This document shows positions 36,859 through 49,500 of a stretch of DNA of 64,000 nucleotides, one piece after another. How positions within the stretch are numbered: position 1 is the first letter of the stretch; the number at the start of each line of letters is the position of its first letter. This stretch comes from Blepharisma stoltei ATCC 30299 (Eukaryota > Protista > Ciliophora). The stretch spans positions 1-64,000 of the forward strand of contig CBFDEM010000056.1 of assembly GCA_965603825.1 (NCBI GenBank). Direction: 5' to 3'. Position numbers and translations under genes: made by a program. The notes beneath the pieces are model-generated. The model had not been told where the DNA came from. It did no database searches and was given only the letters and a program-made list of their open reading frames with translations.

Positions 36859-37806
36859 TTATTGAAGTTTGCATTCGGGATTCGGTTTTTGTTTATGGCA
36901 AAATTCGCAAGTACTTGCATGTTCAGTTACACTTTTGCAATACATGCAAACCTTACAATCGCACCATTTTGTTAACAATTGATTTTTATCATATACCGTT
37001 AAGCATCTTCTGCAAGGCCTTGCATTCTGAATATACATATTGAATCTTAGACTAAGGTTTTCCTTTTCTTTATATAATTCATCATAAGTTCTTTGTGATT
37101 TTTTATTGGCAATCTCGTATGATTCTATTTTCTTTGTCTGCTCAAATTCTTGATTTTTAGCTTCCCCGTATAATTGTTTTAGTTCCTCGTATTCTTTGAG
37201 AGTTTTTTGTAGCAAATTGTCCATGCTTTCTTTGGTATCTAGTAATTTAAGTTCTATTGTTTTATTTTTTTTTAAACTTTCTTCTAATTTTATTAGCTTT
37301 GCTCAGCCATTTTTTTTGTAGATTTCTGAGATTATTTCTTCACATTTAATATTTAAAAATTCACTTTTCAGATTTGCTTTAGCATAATCAACAGCTTCTG
37401 TAGAAGGCAGCTTTAAATACTCTAAGGTTGTGGTTATGATATTATTTTCTAAAGACTGTATAGTTTGACTGATATCATCTTTAAATGCTGCAATTTCTTT
37501 ATTTATCTTGCCTATGTATTCTTGTAAATTATTGTTTAGCATGCATATTCCAGAAAGAACCTCTCTAATTACGCTTTTCTTTAAATTATTGAGATCTTCC
37601 ACCTTGCTTTTCAAATAAAGCAAAACATCAATTTTGGCTTGGCGATAAGGATCATAAAATAATTTTTCAAAGTTATGATTACCTTGGGAACTAGCTAAAT
37701 GTTTGCCTAAATGCTCAGCGCAAAACATCAGTGCTGGGGTTATGCAAAGGCACTTAGCTTCGACATTTCCCTGACATCCTTCAAAGCTGCATAAGAATTC
37801 ACTCAT
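36859..37806 (-). CDS. N-terminal Cys/His Zn-finger (B-box-like), coiled coil, C-terminal RING-like protein, 315 aa
   Basis: CSFEGC..KCLC..FCAEHLGKH; one TGA at 37303 joins the ORFs; CRRC..WCDCKVCMYC..CEFC. The start could be 8 codons earlier. Confidence 0.8.
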
Positions 37807-37939
37807 ATTTTTATTAATCTGCAATTTCATCAAAATTTTATCAACACGAATAATGTTTAAGTTCGTATAAAGAAAATATATAATTATCAATTTATAATAT
37901 TTTTCAAATTATGTTAGACGCGAAATAAATAATCATTAA

Positions 37940-38327
37940 TTATGTCAATAATCCTATCAAAAGACTTTTTCCATTGCATACGCTGCATTTTCTATTATGT
38001 TCACTATGAAGTATTCTAATCTCAAAATGAGAGTTTACACAATTAAAAAGTTACAATCAATCTTAATCTCCCTTTGCATAAAGAACATATACAAATACTG
38101 TGTTTCTCAGTGATACATTAGAAAACCCAAAAGAATTTTGCTTAGAAATTACAGAGTTATGCCAAGTATGAATGAGATAATCCTGCTGGGTAAGAAAAGG
38201 ATCTTTAGAGAGATTGGTGATTCTGATGATTTCTATAATTTGGTTATCTTAGCTTAGGTCATTATTTTATATATATATATATCACACTTCCATGATATAT
38301 TTCCAATTTCATCCAGATCAGATTATG
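37940..38327 (-). pseudogene. Duplicated 3' part of the Zn-finger/RING relic at 40086-40610
   Basis: CSLCKGRL and RKCSVCNGKSLLIGLLT* remnants with frameshifts and stops. Confidence 0.55.
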
Positions 38328-38335
38328 TGGTCAAG

Positions 38336-40487
38336 CATGGGTTCTTACTAATTTCAGCTCTAGTAAACTTACTTTGGATATTGAGCATAATAATTTACCT
38401 ATAGGCTACCTGCATCTTAGCTGTGGTTTATTTCTTTATATAATAAACTATTTTTATTTGCCTTTTAGAACGCTAAATTTGAATACAAAACAACAGCTAA
38501 TTATATTTTAAATCATTTTTGCAACTGAATGATGTGCATAAAAATATACGATATATAATCATTAATTAATTCTATCTCAACTATTGTTTTTATTAAATAA
38601 GAAGGAGCGTTATATTACCGAATCTTTAATATTTTTCTAAATCTTAAATTGGCTCATTCTGTTTCATGAGTTTCCTGCCAAACTCAACTCATATTGCCTT
38701 TTCAAGCAGAGAGTAAAATATTATTATAAAATATTTAGAATAAAAATTGCAAAATTATATGGCCTTATCTTGCACGCTTTAAATTTTTATATATATGCCA
38801 ATTATATTATATCAAATGACTCCAATATTCTAAAATTTCGAACAAGTTCTTATAGTATCTTTATTATTTAAGAAAAAAAGGAAAGATGTATTTAAAATTA
38901 TTGAGAGTTGCGCTGATTCTTACTGCGTTTAAATGTATGATGGGCTTCGGGCACGTTGCATTTTTTTATTTTTATGGCAAAACTGGCAAATATTCTCATG
39001 CATATTATTTATATATTTGCAATCCCTGCAAAACCTGCAACCGCACCATTTTGCTGACATTTCTTTTATATCAAACTTCCTTTTGCACTTAGCGCAAGCC
39101 ATACCATAATTCTCTAGAAACTTATTACATCTTAGACCAAGGTCTTCATTTTCTTTAGATAATTCATCATAAGCGTTTTGTAATACTATATTGGCAATCT
39201 CATATGATTCTATTTTCTTTTTATTCTCAATTTCTTGGTTTTTAGCTTCCTCGTAAATTTGTATTAGTTCCTCATATTCTTTGAGACTATTTTGCAACAA
39301 AAATTCTTGATTTTTAGATTCCTCGTATAATTGTTTTAGTTCCTGATATTCTTGGTGACTTTCTTGTAACAAAATATACATGCTTTTTTTGGTATCTAGT
39401 AATTCAAGTTCTATAGTTTTATTTTTGTCTAAACTTTCTTCTAATTCTGCTAGCTTTGCTCAGCCATTTTTTTTGTAGATTTCTGAGATTATTTCTTCAC
39501 ATTTAATATTTAAAAATTCACTTTGCAGATTTGCTTTAGCATAATCAACAGCTTCTATAGAAGGCAACTTTAAATACTCTAAGTTTGTGGTTATCATATT
39601 ATTTTCTAAAGATTGCATAATTTTATTCATATAATCTTCAAATGCTGAAATTTCTTTATATATCTTGCCTATATTTTCTTGTAAATTATTATTTAGCATG
39701 CATATTTCAGAAAATGCCTCTCTAATTACGCTTTCTATTAAATTATTGAGATCTTCCACCTTGCTTTTCATATAAAGCAAAACATCAATTTTGGCTTGGC
39801 GATAAGGATCATAAAATAATTTTTCAAAGTTATGATTACCTTTGGAATTAACTAAATGTTTGCCAAAATGCTCAGCGCAAAGCATTAGTGCTGGGGTTTT
39901 GCAAAGACACTTAGCTTCGACATTCCCCTGACATCCTTCAAAGCTGCATAAGAAATAACTCATATTTTTATTAATCTGAAATGTCATCAAAATTTTATCA
40001 ACAGGGATGATTATATTTAAGTTCGTTAAAGAAAATATATAATTATTAATTTATAAAATGCCATCCACGAAATAATAATCATTAATTATGTCAATAACCC
40101 TCTAAAAAGACGTTCCCCATTGCATACACTGCATTTTCTATAATGTTCACTATGAAGTTTTCTAATCTGAAAATGAGCAGTTCACACAGTAAAAATTCAC
40201 AATCATTCTAATTGACTTCATTAATCTTCCTTTGCATAAAGAACATGTAAAAATACCGTGTATCTCAGTCAGACATTAGAAATCCCAAAACAATTATGCT
40301 TAAAAAATGTTGCCTGAGCTATACCAGGTATGAATGAGATAATCCTGCTGGGTAAGAAAATGATCTTTAGAAAGATTGGTAAATCTAATGATTTCTATAA
40401 TTTGGTTATCTTAGCTTAGGTCATTCTTTTCTTTATATATATCACACCCCACAACAGATTTCCAATTTCATCCAGATTCCGATTATG
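38336..40487. repeat. Tandem segmental duplication, copy 2
   Basis: Collinear with 35966-38327 and lacks the 326-bp segment. Confidence 0.92.
38929..39963 (-). CDS. Paralog of 36859-37806 (Zn-finger, coiled coil, RING-like), 344 aa
   Basis: Same architecture with TGA at 39460, an extra ~21-aa coiled-coil repeat (LLQ....EY.EL.Q.YEE.KNQE twice) and a diverged C-terminus. Confidence 0.8.
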
Positions 40488-40610
40488 GAATATTGCGTGA
40501 AGAGTTAATTAAATAATTTCCACAAATGATCAGTACAGGATAATAACTCTGTATTCTTGCAAAGGCATAGATGCGTTCTTTCAGCTTGCATCCTTTTATA
40601 TTTCACATGA
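40086..40610 (-). pseudogene. Degraded relic of a Zn-finger plus RING-like gene
   Basis: Fragments in several frames: GCKLKE, CLCKNTELLSCTDHLWK, FTCSLCKGRL, YCVNCS, EHYRKCSVCNGERLFRGLLT*. Multiple stops and frameshifts. Confidence 0.6.
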
Positions 40611-41120
40611 GTATACTTAATTTTTGATTTATTTATTATATATTTAGATAGAAATAAGGCAGTAAATTGCTTTTCTAATTTATAATTGCAGAATAGTATA
40701 AGCTAGTCTATATTTTACAGAGGCGTTTAATTGGTGTTATTAAAATATATATAGTTAGTTAATTTGCAAAATATTAATTTATCGTATTTAATTTAAAATG
40801 ATTTCTTATAATTAAACACCTGAGAAACGTGCATATAGGGCTCTTTATGAAAAACTATATACTATAATTCTTTTTAAAATAAAAATTTGGAGTAATAAAA
40901 GCAATTTAAGTCAAATTTTAATTCGATAAATATTATTGAGAGCAGCATAAAGATAAATTATTTTCAAAATGTTTACTATAAACCATTTTTTTCTTAAGCT
41001 TTCCTATATAATTGGTAGTTTAAGAAGGATCAATCTAAAGCAAAACAGAACTATTTTAAAGATATTGCTAAAATTATTGAGTGTATATAATGTACTCATT
41101 ATTTTTATCAATTACGTTAA

Positions 41121-41306
41121 TTATTTTATTTCATGGGCATCTGGTAGATACCACCATTCCTTTCCTCTGAATTCAGTCCAAATTCTTGCTCCAGAAACAG
41201 ACAAATCATTGAGGAGAGGCTTTACATCTTGTAAATCCTGTGAAGCTTTAACTGAATCGTTTTTAACTTGTCCTTTAGCTTGGCTGAAGTTATTTTTGCT
41301 GTCCAT
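41121..41306 (-). CDS. Small hypothetical protein, 61 aa
   Basis: ATG after an A/T-rich leader, TAA stop, and GC content above flanks. No recognised motif. Confidence 0.45.
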   Translation of the reverse strand: MDSKNNFSQAKGQVKNDSVKASQDLQDVKPLLNDLSVSGARIWTEFRGKEWWYLPDAHEIK

Positions 41307-41619
41307 TTTAATATCTATAATATCTCAAAAAATGAAGTTAAAAAATCCATGATGAATTATGGCATTTTACCATTCAATTCTTTATTCAGAGTTTTTTTAT
41401 TAAATATAATTGCTTAATTTAATAAAAAAATAAATTAAACAGATTTTTATTAAATCAGTGGCTTAAGCAATATATTTCTTTTATTTTTTGCGAATTTTTC
41501 AACGGTTCTTCAAGTTAACACCTTTTAGACGAGAAAATATAATTGATTTATTCTAAAAACCAGTAGCCCAATACTATCACAATTTTAGCGCTTTTTGATT
41601 CTTTTTATTTAATTTATAA

Positions 41620-42750
41620 ATGGAACTACAACCTCTTGACTCAATCCCTCAGCGAATTTCTTCATCAGAATACAAATCTCTTCACACAAATACAGGCTTT
41701 CCAGCAATTCTTAACGATAGAATTCTAAAAGCAGCTCATGGTGAAGAGGTTGATAAAATTCCTATTTGGATTATGAGACAAGCCGGCCGATATTTAGAAG
41801 AATTCCGCAATCTCCGTGTAGAAAATGAATTTTTCAGGATCTGCACAACTCCACGCTTAGCCTGTGAAGTGACACTTCTCCCTATAAATCTTCTCCCTCT
41901 AGATGCAGCAATAATCTTTTCTGATATATTGGTAATTCCTCAGACCATGGGCATGGAAGTAATCATGGAAAAAGGAAAAGGCCCAGTTTTTACTCATCCT
42001 TTACAGACACCAGAAGATATAAATTTATTGAAAATTCCTGATATTTCTACAGATTATGAGCCTTATTTAGATGCGATTTTTTTGACTCGGCATTCTTTAT
42101 TAGGAAAAGTTCCATTAATCGGCTTCTGTGGAGGCCCTTTCACATTATTTACTTACATGATAGAAGGTCAAGGATCTACTGTATTTACAAAATCTCGAAG
42201 GTGAATATACCAATACCCTCAAGAAACCCATAGACTTTTAGACATGCTCACAAACATCCTCTGCGACTTTTTATTAGCTCAAATTTGTAGTGGAGCCCAA
42301 ATGCTGCAAATCTTTGAATCACATGCCGGAATTTTAGGCCCAGACGAATTTGAAGAATTTTTGCTATCTTATAATAGAAAAATCGCATCATTTTTAAAAG
42401 AAAAAGCAAAAATTAACCCAGGCCTAGAAGCTCCTTTAATAATTTTCTGCAAAGATGCAGGCTATGCATTAGAATCTATATGCCAAACAGAATTTGATAT
42501 AATTCAAATAGACTGGACAGTTCCAATCCCCAGGGCAAGAGAGCTTGCAAATCGCTATGGAAAAGTCCTTCAAGGAAATTTAGACCCAGCTGCGTTATAC
42601 GCCTCAGGCGATTTTATCAGACAAAAAGCTACTAAGATGGTAGAGACTTTTGGGAAAGAAAAATATATATGCAATTTAGGGCATGGAATTTATCCAGACA
42701 CAGACCCTGAAAAATTAAGAGTTTATTTAGAAACCGTTCATAGCCTCTAA
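41620..42750 (+). CDS. hemE: Uroporphyrinogen decarboxylase, 376 aa
   Basis: PIWIMRQAGRYL, DAAIIFSDIL, PLIGFCGGPFTL, LQGNLDP, NLGHGI; one TGA=Trp at 42202. Confidence 0.97.
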
Positions 42751-42765
42751 TTAATCAATAAAAGA

Positions 42766-44478
42766 TTAGTTATATCTTGATAATAGCGTATTATTGATGT
42801 CTTCTAAAATTCTCATACAGTCATTCATAATAGGGCCATAATTGGTTTCTGCTCCTTTACTTTCAATATAGCTTTTCAGCCCAAAAATAGTTTGCTCATT
42901 AATAGTCATTTTGCTTTCAGTTTCTTGCAATTCTTTATAAAATTTGACATCGCCCATTTGCTGCTTTTTGGTGTCAAGTTTTATAGTTAAAGCTCTCAGC
43001 TGTTGGCTTAGGGTGTCTTTTTTATTGACTAAATATTCTTTAGTCTTATAAAGCCTGTTTAAGTTTTCTTGTGCTGCAATTCTCATATCTTCTATATTGT
43101 TATATTTAGTACGGAGCTCTTCTTGAATTTGGGCTGTTTTTTCTTGGATCCCTTTAAGCTGCTGTGGGATCCTTTGGTCAAGGTTTTTCACTTTTTCTAA
43201 GTCTGCTTGGCGCTCTGCAAGTTGCCGCTTAAGCATTTCCATAGTGGCAGCTGCATTAGCGGTCTGGCCTTTTTTGAACGCTAAATCGCTACCCCATTCT
43301 TGGACTTGTTGTTGGGTTGGCATGCTTTCTTTTCTATCTAAAATCCTTGAAATCTGTTCAAGTAAATTCGAAATATTATCCTCCAAGGTCTTTATCATTT
43401 CCAGCTCATTTTTTTTGGTTGTCTCAAAGCTCTCAATAAACTGGGTCATTTCCTGGTCTCTCTGATTTAGAATTTCATACTTCTGTATATGAGAAGTATC
43501 ACTGCTCGTTTTCAGCTCCTGCTCCATCTCTTCTATTTGTTTTTTATAGTTCGCGATGCCTTTTTCTACCTCTTTGGTCCTGCTTTCAATATCTTTTATG
43601 ACCTGATTATCAGCCTTGACCCTTGCTAGAAGCTTTTCTCTGGCTTCTGGGAATGATAAATTTTGGTCATTGGTTTGGACTTCTAAGTCTTCTTTTCTCC
43701 TCAGGAGGCTTTCTTTTTGTTCTCTCAGATGGTTGGCTTTTTGTTTCATCACATCAGTTCTCAGCTTGGCATCAGCCATCACAAGTCTTTGATTTACATT
43801 GTCAAGAAGCTGCTTTTTCTGGCCAATTTCGTCTTCTAAATTTTTATTTTCATTTTGCAGTTGGACATATTCTTGGCGCTGGTCAGGCTCCAGCTCAGTA
43901 AGTCTTTCTTCAGCTTGAGCATTTATGGTCGCTATTTCATGCTCAATTGCAGCGAGTTGGTTTTCCATGCCTTTTCTTTCTAAAAAGAGAGAATCCAGCA
44001 TTTCTCGCTGTCGCTGGTTCTGCACCCTCATGAATTCATAATTGCTTAAAACTTCTTCAGCTTGGGCTTCTCCTCTTTTTTTATCTAGTGACAAATTGTA
44101 GTCAGCCAATTCTCCTTCTAAATTCCTGACTTCTTTAATTAGAGCTTCACGTTTTTTCTCAAGGACTTTGAACATATTGGAATCGCGGTTGATTTCTTCC
44201 ATTTCGTTAGAGAATTTCTCGATTTCTGTCATCAGCTCTTGGTTTTTCTTGCGAATTTCACCTAAATAGTAAGATTTGTCATAGTAAACACGCCCCGGCC
44301 CTGATTTTTGGGCTTGAATTCCGGTAAGACCGTGATTAGTGATAGGGCGATTGACGACAGTGACGTCAGGGACTGAGGCTCCGCCAGAGGCGTCGCCACC
44401 TCTCATTCCTGTTGTCCCACGGAAGCCAGTTCCTTGGCGAGATGGCACTCGGTATGCAGTCGGTGCACGTCCAGACAT
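42766..44478 (-). CDS. IFT74: Intraflagellar transport protein 74, 570 aa
   Basis: Basic N-terminus, RPITNHGLTGI, GPGR...DKSYYLGEIRKK, LEGELADYN, long coiled coil, C-terminal ETNY.P. Confidence 0.9.
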   Translation of the reverse strand: MSGRAPTAYRVPSRQGTGFRGTTGMRGGDASGGASVPDVTVVNRPITNHGLTGIQAQKSGPGRVYYDKSYYLGEIRKKNQELMTEIEKFSNEMEEINRDSNMFKVLEKKREALIKEVRNLEGELADYNLSLDKKRGEAQAEEVLSNYEFMRVQNQRQREMLDSLFLERKGMENQLAAIEHEIATINAQAEERLTELEPDQRQEYVQLQNENKNLEDEIGQKKQLLDNVNQRLVMADAKLRTDVMKQKANHLREQKESLLRRKEDLEVQTNDQNLSFPEAREKLLARVKADNQVIKDIESRTKEVEKGIANYKKQIEEMEQELKTSSDTSHIQKYEILNQRDQEMTQFIESFETTKKNELEMIKTLEDNISNLLEQISRILDRKESMPTQQQVQEWGSDLAFKKGQTANAAATMEMLKRQLAERQADLEKVKNLDQRIPQQLKGIQEKTAQIQEELRTKYNNIEDMRIAAQENLNRLYKTKEYLVNKKDTLSQQLRALTIKLDTKKQQMGDVKFYKELQETESKMTINEQTIFGLKSYIESKGAETNYGPIMNDCMRILEDINNTLLSRYN

Positions 44479-44844
44479 GTTTTAAATATAGTTGAATTAA
44501 GAGAAATAGAGGAAGTTATAGTTTAAGAAGAGACAAGTGCGGAAAGGAGAAACGGCAGCAAAAGATTTGAAAAATTAAATAGAACTAATTTAAAATAAAT
44601 ATAAAAATTTTGATTAAAAAGAATAAGGAAAACAGATTTTTCTGAAATTCTTTACGCTATTGATAAGAATAGAGAATCTAAATAGAGATTTATATATTTT
44701 ATTTTAAAACAGAAAAATATCAAAAACTATTTATTTTAATTTCTTTAAATTATTAGCTCTTATAGCATACTACAATAAAATATTTTATTTATTTTTCTAC
44801 CATTGAACGTAAAATTGAACGGTTTATTCATATAATTAATTGAG

Positions 44845-46377
44845 ATGGGAAATAGCCCAAGTTTGAATTCCGACCTGCTTGAAGCTGTATCTAATAAAGA
44901 CAGTTCAGAAGCTGTAAAACACCTCACTCAAGGAGCAAATCCCAACGCAATTGACTCATCTGGGCGTTCATGTCTGCGAATTGCTTTAGACAATGGTGAT
45001 GCTGACCTATTTAGGATTCTCTATGAAATTGGAGCATTAATTATCCCACCAGTCTCCAATACTACACCGCTTCACCTTTCTATTGAGAACTCCCATTACA
45101 AATTATCTCGCTATTTTTTACGTGATCAGAGGTCTTTTCCCAATTACAAAAACACAAGGAATTGGAATGGACAGACCCCTCTTCACATTGCAGCCAAAAA
45201 AGGAAGCTCAGAGCTGATAGCGTTACTATTGAAATATAATGCACATCCTTTTATCAAAGATAATGATGGAAAAACACCAAAAGACTTGGCGATTGAGGTG
45301 AATACAAGGGAGACTGATGAAATTATTGAGCAGCTGTCAATGGAAGATTTGATAGTAAAAACTCCAAACAGTGGGAAATTTGTGGAGACTGATTCAGGAG
45401 ATTTACAGGTGATGGCTCCAAAGAAAGAAAATTCAAAAAGCACACATGGATCATCTACTGAACAAGAAGAATCCACTTTAAGTTTGCTAGAAGAAACTTT
45501 AAAAGCTACAAGAATTCCTACAATAAAAAACAGTGAATTAATATTCGAAGAACTCATCAACAGAGGCAGCTCTTGCTTAGTTTTCAAAGGTAAATGAAGA
45601 GGGACAGAAGTGGCAATTAAGCAGTTTAAGTTGGAATATTCAACGACTTTTAAAGACATGGAAAAATTTGTGAAGGAAATACAGATTTTAGACAGGGTCA
45701 GACACCCAAATTTGATTTTATTAATGGGAATATGTGTTGACAAGCCTAATTTCTGCCTGGTTTCTGAGCTCGTGCCGAATTGTTCACTCTTCCAAGCTAT
45801 CCACAAGCGAAAAGACCACCCTTTAAGCCTTCTTGAGCGTTTTAATATTGCTATACAGATCACCCAAGGACTAGCTTATTTGCATTCAAATAATCCTCCA
45901 ATTATCCATCGTGACTTGAAGCCAGAAAACTGCCTTGTAATTTCTATATAGCTTGATCATTCTTATAACGTAAAAATCGCTGATTTTGGCCTTGCACGTC
46001 CACTGAATTGTCTTAGAGGGGAAGAATCTCAAACAACTCTTTGTATTGGCACAACCCGGTTTATGGCTCCGGAGCTGTTTGATAAGGACCAAATCCAAAG
46101 TATAGGTGTAGAAGTTGACATATGGGCCTTAGGCTGCTTATTAATTGAGCTTTTTTCTAACAAAAGACCATGAAATTATATTTCAAGTTCCAATGCAAAT
46201 TGCATTTACTATGAAATTTTTCAAAAAAAGCCTATCCCAATACCAAGCTCAATCCCAGATCTATTGAAATTTATCATTAGAAGTTGCTGTGATTATACAC
46301 CAACATTTAGGCCTCGGACGTCTCAAATTCTTGAGAAACTTAACGAGGCAAAAACTGTTCTTTGTATTAGTAAATAA
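44845..46377 (+). CDS. Ankyrin-repeat tyrosine-kinase-like (TKL) protein kinase, 505 aa, one intron
   Basis: MGNSPS myristoylation-like start, TPLH ankyrin repeats, FKGK-W(TGA)-RGTEVAIK, HRDLKPEN, KIADFGLAR, GTTRFMAPE. Intron 45937-45951. Confidence 0.92.
45937..45951 (+). other. 15-nt intron GTAATTTCTATATAG
   Basis: Removal restores ENCL|LDHSYNVKIADFG; A at -6. Confidence 0.92.
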
Positions 46378-46395
46378 GTTATTAAAACAAAAAAA

Positions 46396-47895
46396 TTAAT
46401 CCGTAATGCATGGCAAATGCTTAGGAGTTCTGCTACGCAAGCCACTTAAAAGTCCTCTGGAGCTAGCTGAAGTTTTGGTCTCCAAAATAAATTTCGCTTT
46501 CTCTTTGAGTTCATATAGAGGAAGAGGAGCCCTGGAATCATCAATTTCTTCATCTTCATACAGATCTTTAAAGTCAAAAATATTGCTAATTGACGTTGGA
46601 GTTATTGCAAAACTTTTTTCTTGTAAAATATCAAGGGCAATAGGTTTAAGTACAGGATGTTTATCATTTTTATGATAGGCTACTGATATTAAAATGTAGC
46701 TTAAATATTCTTCGATTTGCCCTAGAATAGGAAGAATGTTATCCTCTGTTAGAGATTCAAAATTAATTGAATCTACATAAGAAGTAGTAAGCTGTATAGG
46801 AAGTGTGGTAGACTGACACAGGTTTGACATTTTCTATATAAAATTTACCTTGACAATAGGCAAAAGCTTAGTAATCTCAGCTTGGACTTCTTCGAATTTT
46901 TGGCCTTTTTTGATGACTTTTAGCTCCATTGACTGTTTCCTTTTATCAAGATAATTTTTATTTTCAATACATTTTACTTCACCTTTTTCTTTATTTTTTT
47001 CATAGGATTCTATTTTTTCTGTAGCCTCTTTTAAGTTTTCTTCTAAATTGTCGATTTCTCCGTTCAAGGTGTTAATGTATTGTCAGACTTCGTGGATTTG
47101 TTCTTCACTTTTGATAAAGGCTGTGACTATATCGTCAATGTTGCCGTAGCCTGTGGCTGCTTGGATTTCTCTAAAAGCTAGCTTTATTAGCTTGATATTT
47201 TTTTTATAGCCTTCTAAAAGGATCTTTCTTTCTTTTAACGCTTTTTGCCATTTTTTAACTAATTTTCTTAGCATACTGCTAAGCTCCAAACTATCAGCAG
47301 GTTTTGAATTTCTAAACTCAAAAACATCTTTAATGATCCCCAATCCTTTCAATTTATTATTTCGCTCTTCTCTTATTATGCTTGCTAAGCTATTGATTTT
47401 GTTGCTATATCTTGTTTTGGCATTGGCGCTTTTGCTTCGCAGTACCGAAATTCTTTCCCTAAAAAGTTGGTCTTCTTCTATATTTTCTTTCCATTGAGAA
47501 TTTCTTTTCGCACCTTGCACTGATACGTTCAGGATATCTCCTTTCAAATTCTCTAGGCTTTGCTTGTAATTCAGCAAATCATTCCTATGGACTTCAATTT
47601 GGTTTTTAAGAAGATTGTTCTCAGAGCATGCTTCATTGTAATGGACTATTTCAAGTTCTAGCTTTCTTTCTAAAGCTAAAATATTTTTATGTAAATTTTT
47701 GTCTTTTAGTTCTGGGAGTCTTTTTAAGTTTTTCTTCTCATTTAGCTCGACTTCGACGATTTTTATTTGTTCGTCTAAGTAAGCATGCTCTCGCTTTTCC
47801 CTTTCTAGCTTTTGGATGATTAACTCTAGGTTTCGCTGTAACCGGTCTATTTCTGGCTCTTTGAAAAATGAGTCCTTGGTTTTTTGAGTTTTCAT
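46396..47895 (-). CDS. Coiled-coil protein resembling outer dynein arm docking complex subunits (CCDC63/CCDC114 family), 494 aa, one intron
   Basis: AFREIQAATGYGNIDDIVTAFIKSEEQ...YINTLNGEIDNLEE and LTEDNILPILGQIEE. One TGA; intron 46834-46848. Confidence 0.75.
46834..46848 (-). other. 15-nt intron GTAAATTTTATATAG
   Basis: In-frame removal joins two same-frame ORFs; A at -6. Confidence 0.85.
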
Positions 47896-49500
47896 ATTAA
47901 GAATTATTAGTAAAATAGGCTATTTGAGGCTTATGGTGAGTTATTTGGTATTTCTTAAAGTAAAGAAATGCATGATATTATTTTTATTAATTTTTATAAA
48001 GAATTAAGCAAGATAAATTGTGTATAATATTTGCTGCGTAGCAATTTAGTGCTGACTTTATTTATTGTAACATTAATTTTAATAGTAATTTATCTATAGC
48101 TATTTTATGAAAATAAAACGATTATTAATAATAGAGATACCTAGCCTCATAATAAACAATAAAGAAGCCTAGTAATTGTATTGCATTAAATTAAATTTTT
48201 AAAATGTTTACTTTAGAAAATCTTAATGATATTCAAGTTTATTTGAAATATTTCTGAAAAATCATCATGAAAATCAACTGCTTTAAAATTCATTTAAAAA
48301 ATTAAGTATTTTTAGCATGAATTCAGAATAAATCTTACTCAGCTATAATAATTTATTAAATTAAGGTTTGCTAAAATTTATTAATTTTATATTATGTATA
48401 GCTTATTTTAAATTGTAAATAAATTGCAATTTATAAAATCAGTATGTAAATTAATACCCTAAATCAAAACTATATAGAAAAATTTCTCGACCAAATTAAA
48501 TGCAGCCCCTAAATATGATTTTCAAAGTAGATTATAGAGAAACATTTAATAATGAGTGAAATTTATTATTTTCGCCTCAACTAAGAGCCTATAATTTTTT
48601 AGTTTAAAGCTTCCTGTAAAAGTATCAAGATTTTACTCTCATCCAAGCAGTACGGAATTTTTTTGATTACAACAGTGGAATGGATCTTTATAAAGGGAAT
48701 AATTTGCTCAAAGAAGCAGCATAAAGAAAATTCAATTGTCAATTCTTAGAGAGGAAATTATTTCTTTACGCTAAAGAACGTGCGCTTATATTAGAAATAA
48801 ATTTAGTTATAACGGTATGAGATGAAATTGTGATAATAAAAAGCCGCTATATACATTTTAGGGATAATTATAGCCGGTTATTGGCTTGGGCGCACTGTTT
48901 CCTAATATATCTTGCTTCCTTTTATTAAGTCTAATTTAAAATAAAAGCCTTTTTGCTTCAAAATCCAATATATTAAATAAAAGCAATATTAATTATTATA
49001 AACTATAATAAAGAAATTGTATAAACTATAAAAGAAATTGCAAGAAAAAGATTTAGTGTAAGCTTAGTTAACAAATACTTGATAAAATATGCTTGCAAGT
49101 TAAAATTTCTTTATAAAATATTTTTGCTATTTATCTAAGAATAGTCAATGTACTTGCGAACTTTTAAGAAAATTATGAGTTGCATGGCTTTATATTTGCA
49201 TTAATGTAATTTAAAACTAGCTTTATCCTGCATTTTTATTTTCGTGTATCAAATCAAAATGGACTTCTATTCAATTCTGTTTTCCTTCAAAAAATTATTT
49301 CGTCTAGTCTACATATGCTATATATACTTTATTAAGCACTAATTCTTCTAATCTTTCAAATTTCATCATTCTTAATTATTTCATAATATCTATGATCCTT
49401 TCAGAATTTTCAGAATTTCAAAAAATTAAATTTTATCTTAAAATCCAATTTTTATTTTAAAAAGCAGCAAAAGTTTAAAAAACTCGAATTAATATTAGAT

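Larger units (their letters stand above)
35966..38327. repeat. Tandem segmental duplication, copy 1
   Basis: Starts CATGGGTTCTTACTAATTTCAGCTCTAGTAAAC and ends CCAATTTCATCCAGAT..GATTATG; collinear with 38336-40487. Confidence 0.92.

Noticed and set aside
40969-41352. 127-aa plus-strand ORF
   Set aside because: Low-complexity AT-rich translation without motifs; the antisense 61-aa frame has the better gene context.
45183-45863. 226-aa antisense ORF and the other short overlapping ORFs in the track
   Set aside because: Shadows of well-supported genes on the opposite strand or frame; no motifs.
47896-49500. 1.6-kb AT-rich gap with short tandem repeats (~49000-49040, ~49400-49420) and weak coding-like patches
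   Set aside because: No sustained ORF, terminal repeats or recognisable RNA gene; nothing supportable.
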